A stretch of DNA of 64,000 bases from Callorhinchus milii (GCF_018977255.1 NW_024704742.1:91638001-91702000); one strand, 5' to 3'; shown: positions 24,630 through 38,160, counted from the stretch's first letter. Numbers and translations: made by a program. Notes: a model not told the origin generated them from the sequence alone.

Positions 24630-25440
24630 GTGTCAGCCTGGCTCAGATGGTAATACTCTCACTTCTGAGTCAGATAGTACTGGGTTCAAACCCCTCATCA
24701 GGATTTTGAGCTCAGAGTCTTAGCTGACACTCAAATATAGTGTTGGGGGATTGCTGCATTGTCAGATATATTGTCATTTAGTTGAGACATTAAACCAAGG
24801 TCCCGTATGCCTGTTCAGGTGGATGTTAAAGATCCAGGTGGAGTCCTGTAGCTCAGTTGTTAGACACTCACTTGCAATTGAAAGACCTGGTTTTGATTCC
24901 CGGCACAGCAAAATGTTGTGCAAGTTTCCTTACTCCACATGCCTTTGTTTACCTAGCAGTAAGTTGTTAGTCGATTGGTGGATCGCTTTTCCAGGGGTAA
25001 TAATAGCTTCAAAAAATAATAATAATAATAAAGTGGTCACTTCAATAATAAATTAGTCATTTTCAATCCATGACTGTTTGTGGGACACTGCTGTGCGCAA
25101 TTGGTTGCTGCGTTTCGCCCCCAGAATACACAGTCAACTCACTTTACAGTATATTCTGTGAAACGCTTTGGGACGTCTCGAAGACATGATAAGGAACTGC
25201 ATCTAATGCAAGGATTATTATTATTATAATACTATTCGGAAAGAAAAGGACGTTTCAACCAGTGTCCTGACCAACAATCCCCCAAACAAAATCGGTCACT
25301 CACTCCACGACTGTTTGTGGGACATTGCTGTGCTTTCACGTTCACTACACAGTCACTGCAGTTTGCAGAAAACTCTGTGAAGGGCCTTGAGATGGTGTGA
25401 CATGATAAGCTGCTGCATCAAATGCAAGGGTTACTATTAA
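24630..25440 (+). mobile_element. DeuSINE full length, split by a SINE-A at 24840-25229
   Basis: gtgtcagcctggctcag...ggatgttaaagatcca | actattcggaaagaaaagg...gtgtcctgaccaacaatcccc. Confidence 0.85.
24840..25229 (+). mobile_element. SINE-A long form nested in a DeuSINE
   Basis: ggagtcctgtagctcagttgttagacactc...aatgcaaggattattatt. Confidence 0.88.
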
Positions 25441-25949
25441 ATGGTATGATAATTGTCACCAGTGATAATTATCAATCACATGTCCCAACTATCTGAAAGG
25501 TTTTGTACAGGTTATCAGCAAATAGCAATGCGGGATTAATATACACTGACAGTTCCTATATGGTGAATCAAGGCAGCTAGGAGCTTCAGCTACCAGCTCG
25601 TAATCTGTTAACTGAAGTTGCTAGGTGCCTCGATTCACCATATAGGAACTCATGCCCAAAGTGCCTGGGGTTGTCACATGTCAAAGGGTATAAATACGTT
25701 AACATTAATGTTTCTCCAATTAGCCGAATAATTATTAACACTACATGTACAGCATTAGCCACACTGTGACACGTAAAGAATGAGCCTATCATTACATCAA
25801 AACAGCAAATATCTGGCTTGGCAAAGCAATCAGGTATAATGATTTTAGCTTGTCTTGTCTGTGCAGCATTTCAGTGCAATGAAATACACATGCATAGTTA
25901 ACACTTGAGGCATGCTCTACCATCCCAAGTCAGAGGTGCAGACAGCTTT

Positions 25950-26240
25950 ACAACAAATTACACTTGTATAGCGCCCTTCACATCAGAAAGATGTCCCAGG
26001 GCACTGGACAATCAGGGGTTTTTGGATCCCAGCTGGGAGTTGGGGTCAGAAGGGGTGGAGGGCAGGGGGTGGGCGTGGGAGGGTGGCCAAAGGCATGGTT
26101 GAAGAGGAAGGTCTTTACACGGGACTTCAGGGGTGAGGCAGAGGGATTGCGGGATAGAGTTCCAGAATGTAGGGGCAGAAATGCTGAATGCCCAATTGGT
26201 GAATGGTGGGGCAGGAAGTGCGGGGTTCCTGAAGCAGACC
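25950..26240 (-). mobile_element. L2 3' end
   Basis: AFSISAPTFWNSIPQSL and VKTFLFNHAF in minus-strand ORFs; tail motif. Confidence 0.85.
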
Positions 26241-26514
26241 ACTGCTTATAGTTAGACATTGATTTCTTTCAAAATAACTCTCAATCAAATCAAAGAACAC
26301 CATGTGGACATACAGTGAAAACATGTCCATGGTTCTATGGTGCACAATAAATATCTAATAATGAGGTTCACTTCACTTGACAGATTTATGAAGGTGATTG
26401 GAGCCTCAATAGTAAGTGTAGCCATTAACTGAATGTCAGGTACCTGTTAAAAATTGGTGCTCATTTTGTTAACTGGTGTAAACATCATATCCCAGAATGT
26501 GCAGGTCATCGGAT

Positions 26515-26685
26515 TTTGAACTCAGAGACTAGGCTGAAACTACAATGCAGGCCTGGGGTGTGCTGCACTGTTGGAGGTGCCATCCTTTGGATGAAACATT
26601 GAACTGAGGTCTCATCTGCCTGTTCAGGTGGATGTTAAAGAATCCGTGGCACCTTTCAAAAATAGAAAGATATTTCCTCATGTGT
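26515..26685 (+). mobile_element. DeuSINE internal fragment
   Basis: gctgcactgttggaggtgccatcctttggatgaaacattgaactgaggtc...ggatgttaaagaatcc. Confidence 0.75.
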
Positions 26686-26847
26686 CCTATATCCAGTGCT
26701 ATATAAAATGCAAAGATAATCATTACAGTACTGATTGTATATTCTAGTTTATGTAACATCTTTAATTTATTTAAATCTGCTTGAATATCAAGCCTGTCAA
26801 GGTTAAATACTGCAGTGCCAGCAATGTTGGTCCACCACTAGGAATCA

Positions 26848-27050
26848 AACAACAACTTGCATTTATCTAGAGCCCTTCATGTAACTTAATGTCCTCGGGT
26901 GCTTACCAAGAATGGAGTCAGATACTGAGCGGGGGACGGAGAAGGTGGAGAGGGAGGGGGCAAGATGACTGCAGGTATGTTTGAAGAGGTAGTTTTAGGC
27001 AGAGGGGGTAAGGAGGAGAGTTCCATAGGTTAGGGGCGTAGTAGTTGAAT
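26848..27050 (-). mobile_element. Old L2 3' fragment
   Basis: aacaacaacttgcatttatctagagcccttca; similar to 13728 and ~52095-52240. Confidence 0.6.
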
Positions 27051-27194
27051 CATTCAGTTTATGAAGCATCTGATAAACCATCAAATGCAAATTTCACAGA
27101 AGGGACTCCAGCAATATCAGCAAAAATGTGCATGCCATAGAAGGTCTGCAAATATTTAACTATTGCATTGAGATGGTTTATGAGAATACTACCA

Positions 27195-27405
27195 TCTGAG
27201 CTCCACAATGACCTAGTCGGTAATGGCAAAACCAAAACTTATCAAACTAAAAAGTCACAGGTTTAAATCCCAGTGTGTGTTCAGTCAGGTGATCCCTGCC
27301 AGGGTCAGCAGCTGAGGTGTTACAAATTGTCTCACCGCCAGGTTGGGGAGGTGAATATTGGCCAGATCATTTGTTTAATTCCTGATTTCTCCCCAGTGAC
27401 CAATA
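27195..27405 (+). mobile_element. AmnSINE2-like ancient SINE relic
   Basis: caggtttaaatccc...gtgttacaaattgtctca...ggggaggtgaatattggccag...ccagtgacc; shared with the copies at 37538, 45925, 50547 and 55370. Family name from recall. Confidence 0.5.
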
Positions 27406-29381
27406 TTGTATATAGTATCTAGACCTTTACAGTATATAGTTTAGGACAAGACATGTGCATACGATTGCCAGGAAGGCAAATTGGATAGACCTTGGCCTTT
27501 TGTATAGCAATTCTTATATTCTTATTCAAGGTGGGGAGAGGAGGGGAAGAGTTGTATGTGAACATCAGAGGTCTTTAATTCTACATAGCCTTAGTTTGTT
27601 AAATCATTTAGTCCTATAAATTAGAAAACATGAACTTTATGCAGAATTGTGGAAAATACTCAAATTCAGTAGTTGATAGTTGATTTTGTGCACTTCTCTT
27701 TAAGATGAGCCTGCGGAGCTTCATCGGGAAAACTTACACTTGAGCGAGGTATTGGAATGTGTCTGGCACCAATGGAGCCATATCCCAATAAAAGTAAAAA
27801 TTGAGTCAAACACCTTCAAGTAGTGGAGTGAATGAGAAAAATGTGAAATGTGTGTGTGTGTGTGCTCGGGGGGGCGGGGGTTAAGGGAGGCGGTGTGAGA
27901 AAAGGGAGTGGAATACCATCAACTTGTTTTATGGTGACAGCTAGTTGCTGGAGGCTGTTGAGCAAGGAGCAGGTCAGGGCCATAAAATCTAATTTTACAT
28001 ATTTGTTTTTAAAATTAGACAGTCAATAATCTTGTCTTAGAAAATCAATGTCTGCCGACTGAATCCATTTTCGCTTCAGGGACATAGAAACGAAAATCAC
28101 TGCTAAATCTGAGAGAGAAATATCCTTGTGACCGTACAATTTATGATTTTAGTGGCCTGCCTTAACCCAACGACATACCTTGAGGGTATCAGATGGTCCA
28201 CCGCTGTGAACATTAAAAGTAGCGAGGTTTAAGGTAGCAACCAAGTGAACCCTAGAGTGCTGGGTAAGCAAAACCCTTTGGACGTGATGTGAGAATCTGC
28301 GTTCAAGGTGTGCATCGTCAGCATACACACATTAACAAGGCATGTGAAGAGAAAGCTTGATTCTTCTCTGAAGTGCCCAGGTGACAGTACAGGTATGCAT
28401 GCTCCTTTTCCCTGGGGGCATTGTTGTTTTTTTGTCTTTGTGAATATTATATTTAAATACCAAAATTCTCCGATATTTACTGCACTTGGTTGGAAAAAAT
28501 TGTGAAGATGAAGAAGAATGTTGTTTTACCTTAACATCCACCCCCCAACCCCCACCCCACAAACAACAATCATTTAATTTGCTTCACGAAATTAGAAAAA
28601 AGGAGTAAATCAAGCTGTAGCAAATAAGCATTGAAATCTAAAAAGCTTCTGTCAGTGGGAAAGCGACATTAAATGCTCTCTCAGGGAGCCTTAGGTGTTA
28701 TGAGCTGATATACTGAGAGATAGTGCAGAGTTTCTGCATGACCACTCTACAGCATCAGGATCCATGACCACACACCGTGACCATCAGATCAGATCATACA
28801 CATGAGCAATGATGTGACTACAAGGGTGTACAGACCTTGCTTCTCATAAATTGGTTAAAAGGGGGCAATTTGAGTCGAATGTTGAAGTCTCTCAGCATTC
28901 AAGTCAACGATATTTAAGTAATAGCTTATTCAAACTTTACCCCCATAGACTGTTGGTCCCGACAGCTGTGGAGGGAGCTGGAATCTTGCTAGATCATAAG
29001 AATTTCCCATGGTATAGGAAGTGTAGTTATTTTAGGTAAAATAAACGCTATTGCAAAGCTCACCTAGTTCCAATGTAGCAGCTTGACCCAGTTTTAGTGA
29101 CTGAACCCTTTATGTTTTAACCGCCCCCCCAACCCCCCCACACACACAAAAATGGAAAAGAACAGCTGTGACCAATCATACAGGAGGTGCTTCCTTTTTT
29201 GCTTGGGCCTTGTTGGGTCCTTAAAGGGTAATGTAAAGTGTAAAATAAGGAAGCAGGAGTTAACTTTGCTATGCACCTCCATTCTTCCTGGACATATATG
29301 ACATATATGACATAATGGCTGGCAACTGGTTGCTCATATCAGTTGGCCTTGGCATACAAAGTAAAGCAGATTGTGATAGAG

Positions 29382-29593
29382 CAGTGGTGGCCAACCTTAT
29401 TGATTGGCCAACAAAATAAATATTTCTTGATTGAATATTTCTTGATTTATGCCATAATGAATCAAGGAAAAAATGGAAACAAAACATTGATTTTAAACAG
29501 ACTAACCTAGACTAGTGCAAATGTTTGGTGGACCACTTCTTGACAGCCCTGTGGGCCATTTCTGGCCCGTGGGTCATGGGTTGGCCATCATTG
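29382..29593. mobile_element. hAT (Charlie-like) non-autonomous MITE
   Basis: Terminal inverted repeats cagtggtggccaacc (29382-29396) and ggttggccatcattg (29579-29593); degenerate 8-bp TSD tgatagag/taaaagag; subterminal gtgggcc...ggcccgtggg. Confidence 0.75.
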
Positions 29594-30164
29594 TAAAAGA
29601 GCACTAAGATGAGCTGTTCACATCAATGAACATAAAACTGCTCAGTGCTTGGTGGCTATCATTCATTCGAGGATTGTGTGAACGTTCAAGATAATCACGT
29701 CCAAGTATATATTCGTAGAGCAAAGGATTGACCTAACACATTAGAGAGCCACCATTGATGATTTTTCTTCCTCAGCTTTACTATATTTCCCGCTCTTAAA
29801 GGAACATTAAGATGTCAACCTGGCTCATTTGCCTCTGAGTCAAAAGGAAGTGTGTGGATTCAAACCTCATGTTGAGATTTTGAGCTCATAGTCTATGCTG
29901 ATACTCCAATACATCTGGAGCGATATCAAATGCAAGAATTATTAATATTAATAATAAAACATCCTCAGTCACCCTTAATTCAAATTGCCTGAAAATACAC
30001 AGTAATATTATTATTAATAATTACCTTTGTATTTGGTGTAGCACTGTTCATGTCAGGAGGACGTCTCAAAGCGCTTCATAGGGTTTATTGTAAAGTGATG
30101 TGACTGTGTGTGTTTCGAACATGGCTATGAAACATGTGCATGACACTACTGTAACAAAAATAAC

Positions 30165-31712
30165 ATGAGTCTTTTTGGCTGTTTGCTCCCTACCCTACGC
30201 CTCTCCTTACCCCCAACTCCTCCTCTCCTTAACTCCACCTCCCTTTCCTCTCCAAAGTCCTGGAATGAGTTGTTGCTCGCAGCTTTGCTCCTTCCTCTCC
30301 CGCCACTCCCTTCAGGAATCCCTCCAATCGGATTTCCGTGACACCCACAGCAGAGAAACAGCCCTGGTCAAAGTGACAAATGACATTCTGTCCATCTGCG
30401 ATCAGGATGCCCTCTGCCTCCTCGTCCTCCTTATCCTCTCTGCTGCCTTTAACACCGTTGTCCACTCTATCTTCATCCACTGCCTCTTCTCTCACCTCAA
30501 CCTTCATGGTTCTGCCCTTGACTGGTTCATATTGTACCTCTCTCTCCACCTCCACTTCAATTCCACAAACAAGTTCTCCTTTAGCCCCCGCACTGTCTTG
30601 TGCGGTGTTCTTCAGGGCTCTGTCCTTGGTTCTCTCCTATTCAATATCTATATGTTCCCTCTTGGTGACATCATCCGCAGACATGGGTCAACTTCAACAT
30701 GTAGGCAGATGACACTGAACTGTACCTCTCTGCCTCCACCCTTGATTCCAGGACCACTGCTATCCTGACAGAATGTCTGTAAGACATCAAATCCTGGATG
30801 AGAGCTAACTTTCTTCAGTTCAACATCAACAAGACTGAGGCTCTCCTGATTGGCTCCTGTCAGTACCTCCACACCGCAGGCGTTGATAGCATCACCATCC
30901 ATCGATGACGCCGTCCGGCATGGAGGGCGCTACATAAATCCAAGTTGTTGTTGTTGTTATCGATCCACACTCCACCTTACTAAGCCAGTTCAGAACCTTG
31001 TCATCTTGTTTGATCCTCAACTATCCTTTCTACCCCAGATCCATGCCAAGACCCGCTCTGCCTTCCCCCACCTCCACAACAACCCCTGGCTCTGCCACTG
31101 TCTCACACTGCAGGCCACCAAAACCTTCATACATGCATTCATAACATCCAGGCTTGCCTATGCAAACCCTTTGCTTGTCGGCCTCCCCAACTACTCCCTC
31201 CATAGGCTGCAGATCATCCAGAACTCTGCAGCCAGTGTCCTCTCCCGCACCAGGCTCCGTGTCTCGTGACCCTATCACCCCCATCCTCGCCCATCACACA
31301 GATACAGTTCAAGATCCTGGTCTTCACCTTCAAAGTCCTCCATGGCCTTGCTCCTCCCCTACCCCTGCGACCTCCTAACCCCCTACCATCCTGCCCGCTC
31401 AGTGGGCTCCAGCCTCCTTCACGTCCCCCGACTCGCCCGCTCCACCATTGATAGGAGGGCCTTCTGCCACTCTGCCCCCACCCTCTGGAACTCCATCCCA
31501 TAGTCCTTCCACCTTACCCCCTCCATTGCCTTTTTCAAGATCCATCTCAAGACCCACCTCTTTGACCGTTCTTTTGATCTCCCTGCTCCCCACCTGACCT
31601 CCACCCTCCCCGATCCCGACCCCCAGCTCGGGCCAGAAACATTGACTTCCTGTGCCTTGGGATGTCCTTTCGATGTGAAAGGCGCTATACAAATGTAATT
31701 TTGATGTTGTTG
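30165..31712 (+). mobile_element. L2 LINE ~1.5-kb 3' portion (RT domain to tail), frameshifted
   Basis: [21 protein letters not shown]...LSAAFNTV...[25 protein letters not shown]...LQIIQNSAA; tail aaggcgctatacaaatg...tgttgttgtt. Confidence 0.93.
30907..30958 (+). mobile_element. 52-bp L2 tail-only insertion with perfect 6-bp TSD
   Basis: atcgat at 30901-30906 and 30959-30964 flank gacgccgtccggcatggagggcgctacataaatccaagttgttgttgttgtt, which closely matches 21027-21075. Confidence 0.9.
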
Positions 31713-33229
31713 TTCTCACCACACAAAACATATCTTGACAAATATTTTCTTTTAATGGAGACAGGACGCTGTAGAATCACATATGGGCTTGGTTAGACCT
31801 CAATGCATCCCTATTTGGAAGACAGTACCCTGTACCCAGATCTCAGATGAAATGGACTTGAAATCTGCAATCAAAACTTTCAGATCCCTGAATCCTGCCC
31901 AAATTCCTTCAGTACCTTCTCACAGAGTTAATAACCTGTGTTAACAGTACCAGAAACTGCACTTGCTTGGGCGAGCCTGTGGAGGTCATTCAAAGTCAAA
32001 CTGATCTAAACTGGACAAACACAGAAAATCCTGAAAAATGTACAATCAGCATCAGAAAGAAGGGCTCATGTTTCAGATGTAATCTTTCATGAGCTATGTG
32101 ACCTCAGCTCTGCTGTGGATATCTAGTTAATTATGGTTTAGGACTGTCCCATGATTTTTTTTTCAAACGAGTTTATCCTTGCCAGCTACTTTGCATCTGT
32201 CTGCAATGGAGATGGGCGTCAGCCTTCAATATCTCACTTACAGGACATGGCTCAAACTTAGCCTTGTTGGGTCAACAGAAGGGAAAAAGCCAAGTTCTAG
32301 GCCTAACTTAAGGAACATTCAGAAGGATGTTTATACATTTCTCATCACATCACACATGCACTTAACTAGCGCAATGTAACATCATTTTAATAATCGCCTC
32401 TTTTAATTGACCCTTTGTACCTTCTCAGTAATTTCTTTCTCTCAGCACACGACTGCATGGCAGTAGTGAGGCCAGCGGTCACTGAGATCCTATAAACAAA
32501 CCTATCTAATAACAATGGGTTCATGAGCCTGGCACTGGCCAGTACAGTGGAGTTAAAATATTGAATTTACAGCTTTAGTTTCCTGGATTGATTCCAGCTC
32601 AGCCACAAGTTATGTCAGAAAAAGTCATGTGGTGTGGTTGATCTAATGTAATGTGTAAAGGCTGAACCTTTGGTTCTTCGAGATTGCTTAGATCAGTGAT
32701 ACTGGAAAAGGTTCCGCTTGATGATTTCTTTGCAGATTTGAATGCTGTTAGGATTTAGAATTCTCTGAAATATTGCAGTATTTGTTACACAGCCATTCTG
32801 CCCACACTGTATGGAACGTCATTTTGGAGGCCCTTTAACTTGTTCCCTCTCTCCTTCCCTTACTCCCTGCCTCACCTCATTCAAAGTCCGTCTCAAGACG
32901 TACCTCTTTGACTACACCTTGTCCAGCATGTCCACATGTTTTGATGTTGGATTAATATAATAGCAGATATGTTTGTCTCAGTGGGAGATGGACAATCCAA
33001 TTATCTTAACCCTTAGATTCCTGACTATTCCAGGGAAATACCAGATTCTCAACTCACACAACCTGATCCTGAAACAATCACAACATTAAGGCAATGAAGA
33101 CTTAAACATTTGCAGTAATTCTATTACTCTGACATTAATGCTATTCAGCTAAACCAATTTAAATTAAATTTAAAGAACCATTCTGCTGGCAATATCTATC
33201 TTCTCTTTCATATTATTTAACATAATTTT

Positions 33230-33382
33230 GCATTGACCTCCAACAATGCAGGACTCACACTCACCCAACCCTGTTTTAGAGTGGCAACTTAAACTGGGAG
33301 TTCAAAGAATGATTTGGGGCTTGAATCCACAATCTTTTGACTCAGAAGCGAGAGTCCCACAAACTGAACCAGGTTGACACCT
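33230..33382 (-). mobile_element. DeuSINE head fragment
   Basis: gggcttgaatccacaatcttttgactcagaagcgagagt...ccaggttgacac. Confidence 0.7.
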
Positions 33383-34687
33383 GATGACATGCACTGTGAT
33401 ATATCTAAAATATTCCATGATAGATCCAATCAGTTACATGTTTGATGCATATTTAGAGAGGATATAGCTGGGAGTACGTGACTCAGGAAAATGGTGTCAT
33501 GAACATAACACATCTAATATGTTTATGAGGATGGATGCTGCCTTTCCCTTAATATGGTCTGCAAAAATAAAAATCCATTAAAAACAGTTAAACGGCATAA
33601 ATCTTAAATAATTAAGAATACTGGCTAACTTTAACTCCAAGAAGGAATAATATATATCAAAGGGTACCTAGGGGATTGTACCGTTGCCAGTTCAATAAAT
33701 GTTCTGCAAAGGCATTAAAAATGAATTGAAACAATTCAAACCATGAAAAAAATTATGGGGAGGTGCATTTGAGCTGTTGGTCATTTATATTGCCAATTTA
33801 CTGCCCTTCTATAAATAACAGTCTAGGCATTATTTTGGGGTATTATTCCCAGTTAACAAGTTCTGAAGTTGGATTAATGTGATAATAAATGTCTTTGTGC
33901 CAATTAACTTAACCCTTAGAATGCTGATAAATTCAGGGATATGACAGATTCATTTTACAACCCTGAACCTGTATCCATTTGTTTTGCTGCCCAATACAAT
34001 GGGCTAAATGGCCTTCTTCTGTACTGTAAAAGCCTTGGCATATCTGAAATAAAAATATGTTGCTAGTTCTAATGAAGAATCTTACCTGAGTTCTTTTTAA
34101 ACTATTTTTTAGATGTTGATAGCCCTCATATGGAGTTTCAATGATGTTTTGTGCTACTTGTCTTTTGCCTTTTTATTTCCACTTTGGAGGCATCCATTTA
34201 AGAAGTGTGAACAACACTTTAAAAATTAACCTTTGACTCAAATGTGGCATTTATTTTCTTTGGCAAAGATGTGAAAAATGCACATGGTCACATCATAGGC
34301 ATGACCAGGTCAATCTCTGACATGTGAAAACACATTTAAATAGAAAAGGTTGCTGATGAACAAGTATCCTTGCTAAAGGCTAAGGAATGGTGTGTATTCC
34401 AACTGTGCTAATTCCAAATGTGTTCTAACCTGTGCTGTAAATCAAATTCAAAAAACATTTGGTTCCCCTAAGCATACAGTATTCATTTAAATGCAGTAAG
34501 TGTAATGAACTCCGAAATTCTAATCTGCGTGAAAGGCCCTATATGTTTGTGGACAGAAGTTGTTGTTTAATGGTTTTTACATTGTATTAGTGCATTCATC
34601 TCTGTGCTTGGCTTCATTAGAATACTCATTATCTACAATAGTAAATGGCTTGATTGTGAAGAAAAAAAGCTTACCTCATACATTTGT

Positions 34688-35232
34688 GTGTCAGCCTGAC
34701 TCAAGTTGATAGAACTCTCAACTCTTAGTCAGAAGGTTGTGGGTTCAAGCCTACGTTGGGAATTTAAACTCATAGTAAATGCTTACACTCTGATATAGTG
34801 CTGAGGGTGTGCTGCACTGCTGCAGGTGCTGTTATTTTGATGGGTTGTTAAACTAAGGTCCCATCTGTTAAAGATCCCATGACACTATTTGAAAAGAGAA
34901 GAGTTTTTTCCAGTGTCCTTACCGACAATAACCCCAAATAAAATTGGTCATTCATTTCATGGTTGTTTATGAAACATTGACTATGGGGTTTGCTTACAAA
35001 TTCATAGTCACTGCACTTTACAGTATATCCTTGTTTCGTCCACAAAATACACAGTCATTTCACTTTACAGTATATTCTGTGAAGCGCTTTGAGACATCTC
35101 GAAGACGTGACAAGGTGCTATATCAAATGCAAGGATTATTATTATTATTATCAAATGTAAGGATTATTATTATATCCTGTAAAACAGTTTGATGTGAAAG
35201 GCATTGTATCAAATGTAAAGATTATTATTATT
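34688..35232 (+). mobile_element. DeuSINE with a SINE-A 3' half (~35032-35150) inserted and stacked tails
   Basis: gtgtcagcctgactcaag head; Deu domain; several atcaaatg(c/t)aaggattatt tails. Confidence 0.8.
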
Positions 35233-37537
35233 ATAAAGAGCAAATAGGACCACCATCTGGAATATCGTGTGAAATTCTGATTATTGCAGGAAGGACAGAG
35301 TTGAATTAAGACGATAGGAAACCAGCAAACACGCAGTCTACATTTTACAAAAAAACTAATTTTGAGCTGTTTCGTGATAATGTGCAACATCAAATGTAAG
35401 GATTATTATTTTTATGAATCCGGGTATCACAAATTTATGTGATGAGGAAGCTGGGGAAAAGAAAGCACTTGATTGTAATTTTGTAGATTATTCAGGGAAT
35501 TGACAGGATTGATGCAGGCAAATTGTTCAGTTTGGGAAAGGGTTCCATCGGTAGGGGACAGAAATAAAAAATGAGGATTTGTTTTCGAAAAGTCAAGTTT
35601 TGAGATAAAGTGTAACATTCTTGTAAAATATGCTATTGAGGAACTACACCTTGATGCATTTCTAGAGAGGGAAGGGATTAAAATGTACGATGAGATAAAT
35701 GTGATTGAGAATCAAAAAGCGACTGGCTTATTCATCCAAAGGCAGTTTCTTTAATGTTTTTAAGTTGTTCAACGAATGCAGTTGAAATATTTCCTGCAGA
35801 AAATAACTTCTCTGTTGCAGCAAATACAAATTGAGCTGCCCACGAACATCCAAACAACAATAGCAGGACTGGTAATATAAAATTGCCGCATGTGATTGAG
35901 CATTGAGGAACAGGTAACAGCCTTACAACAGGTAAATTGCAACAGGGAGTTAACATATGAAAGAGGATTGAAAAACTGCTATGGAGGATGGAAGAATTTA
36001 AAAATGAATCTTTGTTATTTCACTTAAAATATTTCTGGCTGGCCAAGATGTACTGGTTGCGAATGACTGAGTCTCTATTGGTGACTCCTGATGCCAACTA
36101 CTGTCGTTTTGACTCAAATATATGCAATTGCAATAGAATAATTGAAGAATATTGCCTGACCAATTGTCCTCTTCATCTCTGATTCACTATATCAGAGATA
36201 AAGAGGAGAATTGGAAAAAAAATGCATCTGTCAATGGCTAACCAGAACATTCTGCTTTGAAAAGATTCCAGTGCAGTGCAACAATCCTTATCTTTGGATA
36301 GTGATGAGATGTGTATTTGCAGGGAGATTCCAGCCGCAGATTTCCTGCAAATCGTAGAATTCTTCATTGTTTTCTCAAATGGCAACTAGTACAGTAGTTT
36401 GGAAGGTGACTAAGGAAACCTGGCAGCTCCCAGCAGCTGAGGTAGAGGCACTCCACTCACCTGCTATCTAAATGCACATAGATTGAATTACCTGGCTTTG
36501 GGGTGATGTATGGGGGACTGAAGCCCAGATGAATGGAGAGATTTCTTTGTCCAAGACCAAATGGCTTTTAGTCACGCAGAGAATAGCACTGCAGCTGTGA
36601 CCAGAGAGGATGAAAATATGACTTCACACAGCCACAGAGGATGGAATAAATAACCTTACAAAGCATCAGCAAAATTGGAGCCAACGATTTATGCAGACAA
36701 TGTGCGGAGACCTTTTGACTGAAAAGCTGGGCGCTCCCGATGTGTGCCCTTTTGAATTCAGAATATGTATCTTTATTTCACGGTAAAATGTGCTATAAGC
36801 TCCTTGTGGAACATCAATGAAATGTAACATTCTGCAACACCATCTAATGTAATCGCTTTAACATGTGTTGCTGTTAAATTTCTGCAACGTGTTTCATTTT
36901 AGCCTTAATCTCCATCATGGGTTAAAATGAAATGATCGTTTTTCGTACATGTCATTTTATGGAGAATATACAGTGCGATTACTGCCTTATTGTGGCTTGC
37001 GGGCCTCAAATAGACTGGCACTTACTATCTATTTCTGGCAACTTAGTACACCCTTAGCGTTCAACCAATCAGTCATTTGAAGCAGTTACAACAGAGAATG
37101 TGCCTTTCATATCTCAGCAATTTACTGTTGCTACTTTCTATAATCTTAACGTAAATGTTGGGCATTATAGTTGTAAAAAAAGTACAGCACCAGTTTATGA
37201 CCTTTCCAACAGCTTAGTTTCCACAAAGGCCAACATTGATTCGAGAATCAAAATCTCTATGCAATAGTGGAAAAAAATACTATTTACAATCTGAAAACGG
37301 GCTGTTTGCAAAACGCTTACCTCAGTCAGATTGTGCCCACAAACTACTTTCCATCGTAAAGTAACAAAGATGGTCTAACTTGCAACATTCCCAAAAGGAT
37401 TTGTCAAATACTGAATCCTGGGGGTATCCGGATGTATCCAGGATAATCTCTGGAATGCTGCTCCTTTGCCAAGCTCCAGCCTAATAATAATAATAATAGC
37501 AATAATGCCTCATTTGACTGTAATCTGACATCATGGA

Positions 37538-37705
37538 TTGGTTAGGGAGGGAAACAATCAGCCAGGGTTCCTGCTGCTGAGCACTGCCCTGTGACACCTG
37601 CTGGAAACATGTGCCTGTGTGAATACGTTTGAGGCCTCAAATTCTACCTAGGCTCAGCCTGTAAGATTATTCCACATTAAAAATTGCAAATGCTCACAGT
37701 TGTGC
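37538..37705 (+). mobile_element. AmnSINE2-like relic
   Basis: ggttagggagggaaacaatcagccagggttcctgctgctga...gtgacacctgctggaaa. Confidence 0.55.
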
Positions 37706-37995
37706 AAAAATTCTTGAATGTAGTCTAAATTTGGTATTTGGTTATTTGCAAGAACCTCAGAAAGCTGGTTTCTGAACTTGAAACATTGCCACAATTCTCC
37801 TTGATCTTAAATTCTAAGACAAAATGGTTGTACAGCCTTATTCCAGGTGTAATTCGGGTCTCTGCTGAGAACAGGATCCATTTAACCTGTGATCCATGCC
37901 ACCGTCCCCTCTGCCATAGTCAAAACAGTTGGTAGCAACAATAACAACAACTTGCATGTATATAATGTGTTCCATGCAGGGTAGTGTCTCTAGGT

Positions 37996-38160
37996 GCTAG
38001 CACTCTCGCCTCTCACTCAGAAGGTTGTGGGTTCATGTCCCACATCAGGACTTTCAGCTCACATAGTGCATGCTGACACTCTATTGCAGTGCTGGGGGTG
38101 CGGTGCATTGTTGGAGATGCCGTCCTTTAGATGCGACTTTAAATCGAGGTCCCATCTGTT
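37996..38160 (+). mobile_element. DeuSINE 5' fragment (tail remnant near 38420-38530)
   Basis: tagcactctcgcctctcactcagaaggttgtgggttc...gaggtcccatctg. Confidence 0.75.

Noticed and set aside
25447..25476. Short imperfect palindromes (also ~52322-52350 and ~55965-56000)
   Set aside because: Stems of 8-13 bp are too short to support a miRNA or MITE call.
27910..28165. Identity with the Shh ZRS limb enhancer
   Set aside because: Shares only generic HOX motifs; no alignment to the ZRS sequence as I recall it.
30175..31269. RT-like ORFs (also 47480-48035, 16818-17222, 57164-57613, 9032-9244) as genes or retron-like systems
   Set aside because: Frameshifted, 5'-truncated L2/CR1 ORF2 pieces with LINE tails; not intact CDS.
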